This document shows positions 1 to 8,588 of a stretch of 64,000 nt of DNA, one piece after another. A model generated the notes under the pieces. It did no database searches and was not told the DNA's origin. It saw nothing but the letters and a program-made list of their open reading frames with translations. The stretch spans positions 497,089 to 561,088 of the forward strand of contig DBBP01000008.1 in NCBI GenBank assembly GCA_002292285.1, read 5' to 3'. The DNA is from Proteobacteria bacterium UBA981. GTDB taxonomy: Bacteria > Pseudomonadota > Gammaproteobacteria > Ga0077536. Numbering within the stretch: position 1 is the first letter of the stretch; every line of letters starts with the position of its first letter. The translations under genes and the position numbers were made by a program.

Positions 1-1511
1 CCAAGATCAAAGCTATTCCAGCCGAAATCGGCGGCGGCTTTGGTGGCAAAACAGTGGTCTATCTTGAGCCCGTCGCCATGATGCTTGCCAAGCAGTCCGG
101 CAAGCCAGTGAAAATGGTCATGTCACGCGACGAAGTCATGCGCGCTACGGGCCCGACCTCAGGCGGCCATGCGCGCTGCAAACTGGGCGCGCTCAACGAT
201 GGCACACTGGTCGCTGGCGAACTCGAAATGGAATACGAAGCAGGTGCTTTCCCCGGCTCGCCCGTCGGTCTGGGCTGCATGACAGGCTTCGCGCCCTACA
301 ACATGACCGACATCCTGTGCACTGGCTGGGACGTTGTGGTCAATCGTCCGAAAGCCGCAGCCTATCGCGCCCCAGGCGCGCCGGTCGCAGCTTTTGCAGT
401 CGAGTCGGCAATGGATGAGTTGGCTCTCAAACTGGGCATGGACCCGTTGCAGCTGCGTATTAAAAACGCCGCAATTGAAGGGACCCAGGCACCCTACGGC
501 GTCAAGTTTGGTCGCATTGGCAACCTTGAGAACCTGCGCGCCGCCGAAGAACACCCGCACATGAGCGTGCCGCTCGGCCCTAACCAGGGTCGTGGCATCG
601 CGTCAGGATTCTGGTTCAACATCGGTGGTACTTCGAGTGCAGAAGTGATGATCAACGAAGATGGTACGGTCATCGTAGTCACGGGCAATCCGGATATCGG
701 CGGTTCCAGAGCGTCGATGGCACTGATGGCAGCTGAGGTTCTCGGCGTTGATGTGTCACGCATCAAACCGCTGGTCGCTGATACTGAGTCTGTTGCCTTC
801 TCGGCATTGACGGGCGGCAGTCGCGTCACCTTTGCGACCGGCAAAGCGGTCATCGAGGCCGCCGAAGATGCAGTCAAGGACATGAAGCGACGCGCCGCGA
901 AAATGTGGGACGTCGAGCTTGACCAGGTTGAATGGGAAAACGGCTGTGCAGTGTGTATCGAGACTGATAAACACAAGCCATTGTCAATTGCCGACATTGC
1001 CAAGAAATCCGATCGAACGGGCGGCGCCATCAGCGGCAAGGCCAATATCAACGCTCAGGGCGCCGGTCCAGCGTTCGGGACGCACATTTGCGATGTTGAG
1101 ATTGATCCGGAAACCGGTTTTGTCACCGTATTGCGCTACACCGCGATTCAGGACGTCGGCAAGGCCATCCACCCGAGCTACGTGGAAGGCCAGATGCAGG
1201 GCGGTGCCGCTCAGGGCATTGGCTGGGCTTTGAACGAGGAATATGTGTACAGCGACGAAGGTCAGCTGCTCAACACCGGGTTCCTGGATTATCGCGTGCC
1301 GGTCTGTTCCGACCTGCCGATGATCAACACCGTGGTCGTAGAAGTGCCCAACCCAGGTCACCCCTATGGCGTTCGCGGAGTCGGAGAAGTGCCGATTGTG
1401 CCGCCGTTGGCTGCGGTCGCAAATGCAGTCTCACGAGCTGCCGGTGTGCGGATGGGGCATTTACCCATTTCGCCGCCGAAGCTACTCGCCTCAATTGATG
1501 AAGCGAAGTAG
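1..1511 (+). CDS. Xanthine dehydrogenase/aldehyde oxidase-family molybdopterin-binding large subunit (CoxL-like); 5' end lies outside the window
   Basis: Frame 3 is open from base 3 (KIKAIPAEIGGGFGGKTVVYLEP...), so the gene starts upstream of the window. It has the GGGFGGK motif and C-terminal blocks (GFWFNIGG, DVGKAIHPSYVEGQMQGG, GVRGVGE) typical of Mo-hydroxylase large subunits. Confidence 0.85.
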   Translation, partial: KIKAIPAEIGGGFGGKTVVYLEPVAMMLAKQSGKPVKMVMSRDEVMRATGPTSGGHARCKLGALNDGTLVAGELEMEYEAGAFPGSPVGLGCMTGFAPYNMTDILCTGWDVVVNRPKAAAYRAPGAPVAAFAVESAMDELALKLGMDPLQLRIKNAAIEGTQAPYGVKFGRIGNLENLRAAEEHPHMSVPLGPNQGRGIASGFWFNIGGTSSAEVMINEDGTVIVVTGNPDIGGSRASMALMAAEVLGVDVSRIKPLVADTESVAFSALTGGSRVTFATGKAVIEAAEDAVKDMKRRAAKMWDVELDQVEWENGCAVCIETDKHKPLSIADIAKKSDRTGGAISGKANINAQGAGPAFGTHICDVEIDPETGFVTVLRYTAIQDVGKAIHPSYVEGQMQGGAAQGIGWALNEEYVYSDEGQLLNTGFLDYRVPVCSDLPMINTVVVEVPNPGHPYGVRGVGEVPIVPPLAAVANAVSRAAGVRMGHLPISPPKLLASIDEAK

Positions 1512-1523
1512 CTGAGTTCTGCC

Positions 1524-1772
1524 ATGGCGAAGGTCGTCCTGCCTTTGGAGGTAGCGCGTTCCTTCGCCGCCGGCGTGACCGAACACCAAGTCCAGGGCGG
1601 CGATGTTCGCCGCCTTCTCAAAGACCTCGAACAGTCCTTCCCCGGTATCGCCGAACGTCTCGGCCAGGGATTCGCAATCGCTATAGACGGCCAGATCTAC
1701 CAGGACTGGTTTGTTGAAAAAGTACGTGCGGATAGTGAAGTCTACTTTCTGCCCGCCATCGAAGGCGGCTAG
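1524..1772 (+). CDS. MoaD/ThiS-family ubiquitin-like small protein (C-terminal Gly-Gly)
   Basis: The 82-aa ORF starts 12 nt after the preceding stop. Its beta-grasp-like size and the C-terminus ...SEVYFLPAIEGG resemble MoaD/ThiS sulfur carriers. Confidence 0.6.
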   Translation: MAKVVLPLEVARSFAAGVTEHQVQGGDVRRLLKDLEQSFPGIAERLGQGFAIAIDGQIYQDWFVEKVRADSEVYFLPAIEGG

Positions 1773-2096
1773 GAGCCCCTCTCAACGTCCCCGTAGCGTG
1801 TTTATATAAGCGCTGGGTGCCCGAACCCAACGCTTGGCGCGGCTGACTCGCGCAATGTCACCAGCGTTGTTTTATCAAACCCGCGACGAACGAATCGCCA
1901 AGTCACGGCATCGGCCTGCCGAACCTGTCAGAACCTGGTGGTAACACTCAAGACTGCGGACAAATCGGGTGGTCACCATCCGTCGCCTGGAAAACATCGC
2001 GAGCGTATTCCACGCGAACGAGTGACGAAAGCGGTGACTTTGAAGCTCGACGTTACCCGAGTGCGCGACCCGCAACGCGGATCACGCACCGATTCG

Positions 2097-3845
2097 CTAA
2101 TCCTGTGCCGCTACCGGCGTCACGGCGTCGTGAACCGCAGGTTCCGCCTCATACGCCGCCGTGCGCAGAATGCGTCCCGGCAGCGCGCCAGTACATTCGT
2201 CGTACTCAAAGGTCGCCACGCCGTTAACGATAATGGCGCGGTAGCCACGGGCTTTTTGAATCAAACGCTTGCCACCGGCGATGATGTCCTCATAGACCGG
2301 TTCCTCCGGCGTGACTTCGAGTTTCTCAAGATCGTAGACCACCACGTCAGCCGGCATCCCGACCTGCAATGTCCCAATGCCATCAAGGCCGATTGCCGCC
2401 GCCGACATGTAGGACAAACGCCAGTGAGCTTCTTCAAGGCTCATTACGCCGAGATCCCGCACCCATTTCGACAGCATCACAGTCGGATACTTACCCAGGC
2501 ACAGGAACTGGGTGTGCGCACCACCATCTGAGAGCCCCGGTATGACGAACGGGTGGCTCATGATTTCACCTACCGCGTCATCCTCGGTGTTGTTCAAATC
2601 TTCGATCAGGAACAAGGTGCGCAAACCCTCGCCAAGCGCGATCTCGCAAAACGCATCGAGCGGCGGGATGCCCATCTCGCGCGCGATCTCGCCGACGTAG
2701 CGGCCGTTGTAGTTGGTCTGCTCGGACTCGAACACCTTCATCCGTTCCCAATTACCAGCCCATAAGCGGTTGGTGTGATGGTCAAGGTCATGCTGGAGGC
2801 GCGCGCGTACTTCCGGGTCACGCAGATTCGCGAGGCGCTCTTCAAGTGGGCATGCGAGTGCTTTATTCCATTGCGGCATGTCGTCGAACAAGTTGTATTC
2901 AAGCAGACTGAACAATGACTCGATGCGATGCGCGTTGCCGAGTGCATAAACGCGATGGCGCGTATTCATGTCTTCCAGGCGCGCCAGCGCTTCCTTCCAT
3001 TGTCCGGGCAAATGATGAACTTGCAGGATGGCGTTGTAATACACCGGGCGGCCACTCAGTTCCGCCCAACGCTCCAGCAGAACCGCCTCGTCCGGACCGA
3101 GATGCAGGGACTGCGGCGTGACCTCAATAGAACCGACGTTAAATTCCTTCGCGACCGCAATCAGGGCCTCGGTTTCCTCCGGGCTTGCGATCAGGCTTGG
3201 CAGCATGGAACCGTCAAAGTCGCGGTCGATTAAATTCAGGTCCGTCGACAGCCCAAGCGCACCAGCACGATATCCCTCACGCACGAGCTCTTTCATCTGC
3301 TCGAGTTCATCGTCAGTAACTTTCTCACGCTTGGAGTCTTCTTCGCCCAGCACCCAGCCGCGGATCGGAGACTGCGGAATGTAAGTGGCAACATTCACGC
3401 CGATACCCGCGTTCTCGAGCGACTCAAGGTAATCGCGCTGACTCACCCAATCCCACCGCATACCTTCTTTCATCGACGCATACGGGATGGCTTCCACACG
3501 CGTCATGCGTTGCATAGCTCGTTCGCGATCTTCCGGACGACAAGGTGCAAATCCGAATCCGCAGGCACTAATGACGATGCTCGTGATGCCGTGCCAGCAC
3601 GACTGCGAGGCATACGGGTCCCAGTTGAGTTGCGCATCGTAGTGCGTGTGTACGTCAATAAAACCTGGCGCGACGACCAAACCTTCGGCATCGATTTCCT
3701 TGGCGCCCGTGCCTCGCACATGACCGATTTCGGCAATCAGCCCGTCTTTAATCGCAACATCGCCATTGAACGCCGGCATCCGTGTGCCGTCCACGACCCG
3801 CCCGCCGCGAATCACCAGATCGAAATCTGTTGCAGAATCTGTCAT
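2097..3845 (-). CDS. N-acyl-D-amino-acid deacylase (D-aminoacylase) family amidohydrolase
   Basis: The N-terminal signature is DLVIRGGRVVDG...DVAIKDGLIAEIG...VAPGFIDVHTHYD. I prefer the ATG at 3845 (MTDSATDF) over the track start at 3899. Confidence 0.8.
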   Translation of the reverse strand: MTDSATDFDLVIRGGRVVDGTRMPAFNGDVAIKDGLIAEIGHVRGTGAKEIDAEGLVVAPGFIDVHTHYDAQLNWDPYASQSCWHGITSIVISACGFGFAPCRPEDRERAMQRMTRVEAIPYASMKEGMRWDWVSQRDYLESLENAGIGVNVATYIPQSPIRGWVLGEEDSKREKVTDDELEQMKELVREGYRAGALGLSTDLNLIDRDFDGSMLPSLIASPEETEALIAVAKEFNVGSIEVTPQSLHLGPDEAVLLERWAELSGRPVYYNAILQVHHLPGQWKEALARLEDMNTRHRVYALGNAHRIESLFSLLEYNLFDDMPQWNKALACPLEERLANLRDPEVRARLQHDLDHHTNRLWAGNWERMKVFESEQTNYNGRYVGEIAREMGIPPLDAFCEIALGEGLRTLFLIEDLNNTEDDAVGEIMSHPFVIPGLSDGGAHTQFLCLGKYPTVMLSKWVRDLGVMSLEEAHWRLSYMSAAAIGLDGIGTLQVGMPADVVVYDLEKLEVTPEEPVYEDIIAGGKRLIQKARGYRAIIVNGVATFEYDECTGALPGRILRTAAYEAEPAVHDAVTPVAAQD

Positions 3846-4145
3846 TGAATACACTCCCCAGTGAATTGGTGGCCGACTAGCCTTGTTCGGCGCAAGCATG
3901 CGCGCAGCCGGTCGGAATCGATGGCGCCCCTAACCTGGCCGCAATAGTCGCGGTCATGTTAGGGGCGCTGGTAAATCGAGCCGTCCCGAGTCGTGACTTA
4001 TGTCGCACACTCGAGACGGCCTGTAAGCAGTTTAGTAAGTCGGAATCGCAGTTCGCGGCATCACGTAATGCGCGCGGCTGCGATGCGCCGGGACAGTTAG
4101 TATCCGGCGGCGTCCCTCACGCAGACCTTGATTGGGATGTCCCGT

Positions 4146-5279
4146 TCAGCACGGCAGGTTAAACAGTTCCTTGGCGTTATCACGCACAATCCATTGACGC
4201 TGTTCGGCCGTGATGTTGGCACTGTGCTCAGTGAGCAGTTCCTGTGATAACGGCCACGTCGAATCCGTATGGGGGAAGTCATTGGCCCACAACAAACGCT
4301 GCGGATTGAGCTCGCTTACATTCTTGAAAGCGATCCAGTCATCCTGGAAAGTAAAGTAGACATTTTCATTGATGTAGTCGCTCGGCTTTTTCTTCAAACC
4401 GCGGCCTTCCATCCAGTAACCATGCCGATCGTATGCATGATCCATACGGTAGGCATAGTGCGGCAACCACCCCGCATCGCCTTCTGCGATGACCAATTTC
4501 AGCTTCGGATGCCGGTCAAAAACGCCGCCCAATACGAACAGACCCACGATGTCCTGGACGCCGCGGATAATATTCATGAACCCATTGATGCGGTTGCCGC
4601 GGACCTGTCCGAACACTGCATCGGTATTTGAATTTTTTGAGGTCAGAATGTGGAAGCACAGCGGCATTTCTAAATCGACTGCGCACTCCCATAGTGGATC
4701 GTAGAGCGGCTGGTCATAATCTTCGTGTTGCGGGTCACCCGGCATCATCATGCCGACAAAGCCCAGCTCCTTAGCCCGGCGGACATCTTCGATAGCGGAC
4801 TCGACACTCGACACAGACGTCTGCGCCAGACCGAACAAACGATTGGGGGCGACGCTGCAATATTCTGCAAGCCAGCGGTTATAGGCCTGCATACAAGCTG
4901 ACTTATAGGCAAAGTCCGGGTGGTTGCACAGCACCATGCCGATCGAAGCGTAGAGGATTTCACCGGCGATGCCGTCGCGGTCTTGGTCCGCTAGGCGGTA
5001 GTTTGAATCTGCGCCACTGCGATGCAATTCGACGAACTTTGAACCTTCGCGTTTGGCGACCAGATCCTCAGGCGGCACACCGGCACCCGCAACCAGCCCC
5101 AAGGGGATGCTGGTTCCTTCCATGCCGGGTATCACGTAGACATCGCCGCCTCGTGCATCGACTTCGATGTGCGGCGCGTTGTCGCGATACTTGGGTTCGA
5201 TGTAGTCGGTGTAGCAGTTTGGTGCTTCGACGATGTGTGAGTCCGCCGAGATGCAGCCTCCTTCGACAATGGCTTGCAT
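4146..5279 (-). CDS. Amidohydrolase-2 family metal-dependent hydrolase (TIM barrel)
   Basis: 377 aa. It has ISADSHIVEAP near the N-terminus and WANDFPHTDSTWP near the C-terminus, as in ACMSD-like amidohydrolase_2 proteins. Confidence 0.75.
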   Translation of the reverse strand: MQAIVEGGCISADSHIVEAPNCYTDYIEPKYRDNAPHIEVDARGGDVYVIPGMEGTSIPLGLVAGAGVPPEDLVAKREGSKFVELHRSGADSNYRLADQDRDGIAGEILYASIGMVLCNHPDFAYKSACMQAYNRWLAEYCSVAPNRLFGLAQTSVSSVESAIEDVRRAKELGFVGMMMPGDPQHEDYDQPLYDPLWECAVDLEMPLCFHILTSKNSNTDAVFGQVRGNRINGFMNIIRGVQDIVGLFVLGGVFDRHPKLKLVIAEGDAGWLPHYAYRMDHAYDRHGYWMEGRGLKKKPSDYINENVYFTFQDDWIAFKNVSELNPQRLLWANDFPHTDSTWPLSQELLTEHSANITAEQRQWIVRDNAKELFNLPC

Positions 5280-5555
5280 AATTCCCTCCCAGAAATCGGC
5301 ACCCGGATTGGCCGCCGCACCGTCACGTTAGCGCTTTATGGGGGCGACAACAACGGTGCGCAGTCACGTGGCTGCGCGACAAACTTTGGATGCGCTGCAA
5401 CAAAATTCGTCAGTCAGCGACTCCGCCTGTCGGAGCGAGGCGCCGTGCAATCAAATCAACTCAACTCTGAACTGAAACCGGGCGGCGATAGCCGGCCTGT
5501 GCCGAGTAGCGATATCGCGATGCGCGCATGCAGGAACCGCGCCTGGATCAGGCTG

Positions 5556-6653
5556 TTAACGAGGCACTGGTATACGACCGATTCGATTGCCCGAAAAAGA
5601 CCCCATATAGATGTAGTCACCGTACTCCACAGCGACCGTGGAACCGCCGAATGGCCGGCCGGCTGATTCAATAACCGGCGACACCGCGCCGGTTGTGCTA
5701 TCTACCGAACTGATCACGAACGGCAACTTGCAGATCGGGTCATTCCTGAGCAGGCACTGGTCGCGAATGGTTGCCAGGTCGACCAAATGTGTCGCCACCA
5801 GCAAGTCGCCGTCCGGCCGGACGCTGAGATTATCGGGCGCACCATTGAGTGCGGCAGTCCACAATCGCTTGCCAGTTGCCCGCTCTATCGCGACCAACTG
5901 ATTAGCAAGATAGTGGTTGCTGTAGACGACCTTGTTGTCGGCCGAGATCGCAATCCCGTTCGGTAGTGCCCCTTCGGAGCCCGGTATCTTCTGCCAGCCG
6001 CTGTCGGCATGCCATTCCAGAACAAAACCGCTCTCGACGCGATCATTAGTCGGACGCGACAGCAAGGTGCCCGCCTGTTCGCGCGGCATCATGTGGCTGG
6101 CAATTAAACCACCGTCATCGAGTATCGCCACGTCATTCACCCAATACGGTTCGTCGACCATGACACAACCACGCCAGCGGGCAGTAATGCGGGTGCCGTT
6201 TTTGTTGAGCTCCAACCACTCGATCGATTCGCGCCCCGCATGGTTGACGACCAGCAATGTGTGACTACCCAGCTTGTTTGCAGACACATGCAGGCCGTGG
6301 GCAGAAAACTCAGCTGGTGGCCCAGGACAGTCCGGAGAGCCCCAAGCAGGTCCTTCCGACACTGCGGGTGCATCAAGACCCGGTGGATATACCTTTTCAG
6401 TATTCAGCGTATCGAGGTACAGAATGCGAATGTCGCCACCCTGCGTAGCGTGTGAATCATTGAAATTAACCCCGCCAAGACTACCGACTACCAGGGCCTG
6501 CATGCCTGTCACATCGTCGAGATCTTCCGGAGCGCTAAATCCGCAAATAGGGGTAATACCGTTCTCAGGTTGGCAGTCAGTCTGCATCAGATCATCGGCG
6601 TGGACCGCCGCCATCACGCTGCACAACAACGTCAGAAAAAATAGCTTCATCAT
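5556..6653 (-). CDS. Secreted beta-propeller protein, paraoxonase/arylesterase (PON)-like lactonase family
   Basis: The signal peptide is MMKLFFLTLLCSVMAAVHA. HGLHVS...HTLLVVNHAGRESIEWLEL resembles the PON/arylesterase core block, and the rest shows a propeller-like repeat pattern. Start taken at the Met-Met pair (6653). Confidence 0.6.
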   Translation of the reverse strand: MMKLFFLTLLCSVMAAVHADDLMQTDCQPENGITPICGFSAPEDLDDVTGMQALVVGSLGGVNFNDSHATQGGDIRILYLDTLNTEKVYPPGLDAPAVSEGPAWGSPDCPGPPAEFSAHGLHVSANKLGSHTLLVVNHAGRESIEWLELNKNGTRITARWRGCVMVDEPYWVNDVAILDDGGLIASHMMPREQAGTLLSRPTNDRVESGFVLEWHADSGWQKIPGSEGALPNGIAISADNKVVYSNHYLANQLVAIERATGKRLWTAALNGAPDNLSVRPDGDLLVATHLVDLATIRDQCLLRNDPICKLPFVISSVDSTTGAVSPVIESAGRPFGGSTVAVEYGDYIYMGSFSGNRIGRIPVPR

Positions 6654-6856
6654 CTCGACACCTTCCCGTTCAAATAAATTGCGGGACGAATTAGCCCCTG
6701 CAGTGGCGACTGACATTGGCTGTCATGCGCTACTGTGTTCTACTCACGCGAGGAGGATTTCTGCCACTCCCGCGTCTTGTCCGAGCCTGCGTTCTCGCGT
6801 TGGCGCAGGAACAAGCGACTCGCGCGCGACTGTCCAGACAAGGAGTCACGACTGTC

Positions 6857-7681
6857 TCAACGGCCGTTAAACACCGGCTCCGTTTTCGCGACGAAAGCCT
6901 GCACGGCACTGCGATGGTCTTCAGTCTGGCCGCAGTGAATATGATGAGTCGCTTCCAGATCGAGGCAATCGTCAACGTCGCCACTTGAGATGACTCGATT
7001 GAAATTCTCCTTCATGTAGCGATACGCGACTGTGGGACCTCTCGCCAGGCGCGTAGCAATGGCCGCAGTCTCGCTGGCGAGGGTATCCGGCTCACACACC
7101 CAATTGGTCAAACCGAGCTGGAGGGCCTGCTCGGCACTAATCCGCTCAGAGAGGAAATACAACTCACGCGCTTTGGCGGTACCCACCAATTGGCTCAGAA
7201 AAAACGTACCGCCGTAATCGCCGGAGAAACCAACCCGCGCAAAAGCGGTCGTCAAGATCGCGGATGCCGCCATGATGCGCAGATCACAAGCCAAAGCGAG
7301 AGAAAACCCGGCCCCGGCAGCTGCGCCAGGCAAAGCCGCAAGGGTCGGCTTGGGCATTTTGTAAAGTTTGCCGGCCGTCGCGCGCTGATTCACTCGCTGG
7401 CGGTGAATCGCACCGTCAATGGTATTGTTACCCACCGTACCATCCCCGCTCGCGGCCATACCCTTGACGTCACCGCCGGCACAAAATCCTTTGCCCGTAC
7501 CCGTGAGAACAATGCAACGCACTTGCGCATCAAGTTCCGCGCGCGCCAGTTGTTCCTGCAACGCGGCATTCATGTCCGCGCTCATTGCGTTCCTGGCTTG
7601 CGGACGGTTCAAGGTCAGGGTCAACACGCCGGCGTCCAAATCGGCGAGTAAATCTTCGGTTCCCGTTTCAAGCTTGCTCAC
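6857..7681 (-). CDS. Enoyl-CoA hydratase/isomerase (crotonase) family protein
   Basis: LTLNRPQARNAM and LTGTGKGFCAGGDV are crotonase oxyanion-hole motifs. 274 aa. Confidence 0.85.
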   Translation of the reverse strand: MSKLETGTEDLLADLDAGVLTLTLNRPQARNAMSADMNAALQEQLARAELDAQVRCIVLTGTGKGFCAGGDVKGMAASGDGTVGNNTIDGAIHRQRVNQRATAGKLYKMPKPTLAALPGAAAGAGFSLALACDLRIMAASAILTTAFARVGFSGDYGGTFFLSQLVGTAKARELYFLSERISAEQALQLGLTNWVCEPDTLASETAAIATRLARGPTVAYRYMKENFNRVISSGDVDDCLDLEATHHIHCGQTEDHRSAVQAFVAKTEPVFNGR

Positions 7682-7731
7682 AGTTCAATTCTCCCTTCCG
7701 CACCAGTTGATACGCTAAAACGCTGCATTCG

Positions 7732-8490
7732 CTACTTACGAAATTCTGCCAGCCGCTCGCCACTGTCAGTAAACGCATAGTCAGTTGTCGCCTCATAATG
7801 TAATCCAGCTGCCTGGCCGCGATTTTCGGCCTGGCGATATAAATCCTTATAGGCAACAAACGACTCCGCGCTGTTAGGGCGCATTTCATCAATCAAGGTC
7901 GCGATCGCTTTATCAAGTTCGTCCAGCGGAACGACCTGGTTGGCAAGGCCGAGCGCAACGGCGTCGGCGCCAGTTAAAGTGCGCGCAGTCAGCGACAGTT
8001 CGCGAGCCTTGGCAATGCCGACCCGCATCGGCAAACGCTGGCTCATGCCCCAAGTTGGTCGCAGCCCCCATTTAGCGTGCGTATCGCCGATGCGTGCCTT
8101 GTCGGCGGCGATCATCAAATCACAAGCCAGCGCCAGTTCCAGGGCACCAGTAAAACAAAAGCCGTTGACCCGTGCGATCACTGGCTGCGGGAGCGCTTCG
8201 ATTTGAGCGATCACACGCCGGGCAGGAACATCGAGGATGTCGCCGACTTTGCCGTCGACGAGTTCTCTGTCGCCGAGCGCTTTGAGGTCGACACCGGCAC
8301 TGAACGCCCGACCGGCACCAGTCAGGATCACGAAACGCGTCGATGGCTGCGCGCTGATGTCGCTGAGGGCGCGATTCAGCTCGCCTAACATCGTCGGCGT
8401 GATGGCATTCAAGGCCTCCGGGCGGTTGAGCGCCAGTGTCGCCACATCGTCGTTGTAGTCGAGGGTGATTTCAGTAAATGGTTCTGTCAC
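7732..8490 (-). CDS. Enoyl-CoA hydratase/isomerase (crotonase) family protein
   Basis: Motifs are LALNRPEALNAI and LTGAGRAFSAGVDL. The Arg/Cys-rich first 77 residues of the track ORF look non-native, so I prefer the in-frame GTG at 8490 (VTEPFTEITLDY). Confidence 0.8.
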   Translation of the reverse strand: MTEPFTEITLDYNDDVATLALNRPEALNAITPTMLGELNRALSDISAQPSTRFVILTGAGRAFSAGVDLKALGDRELVDGKVGDILDVPARRVIAQIEALPQPVIARVNGFCFTGALELALACDLMIAADKARIGDTHAKWGLRPTWGMSQRLPMRVGIAKARELSLTARTLTGADAVALGLANQVVPLDELDKAIATLIDEMRPNSAESFVAYKDLYRQAENRGQAAGLHYEATTDYAFTDSGERLAEFRK

Positions 8491-8588
8491 GGTTGCTGGG
8501 TCTCTTTGTCTGATAGTGGGTTTTGGTGCGCACACCGGTCGGCGACCAGTATAAGAGCATGGCTGCCCGAACTGACCTGCTTTCAGCG

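Noticed and set aside
3923-3969. Imperfect 12-bp inverted repeat (GGCGCCCCTAAC…GTTAGGGGCGCT) as a terminator
   Set aside because: It has a 23-nt loop and one mismatch, and no T-tract on either strand. It may be a protein-binding palindrome, but I cannot support a specific call.
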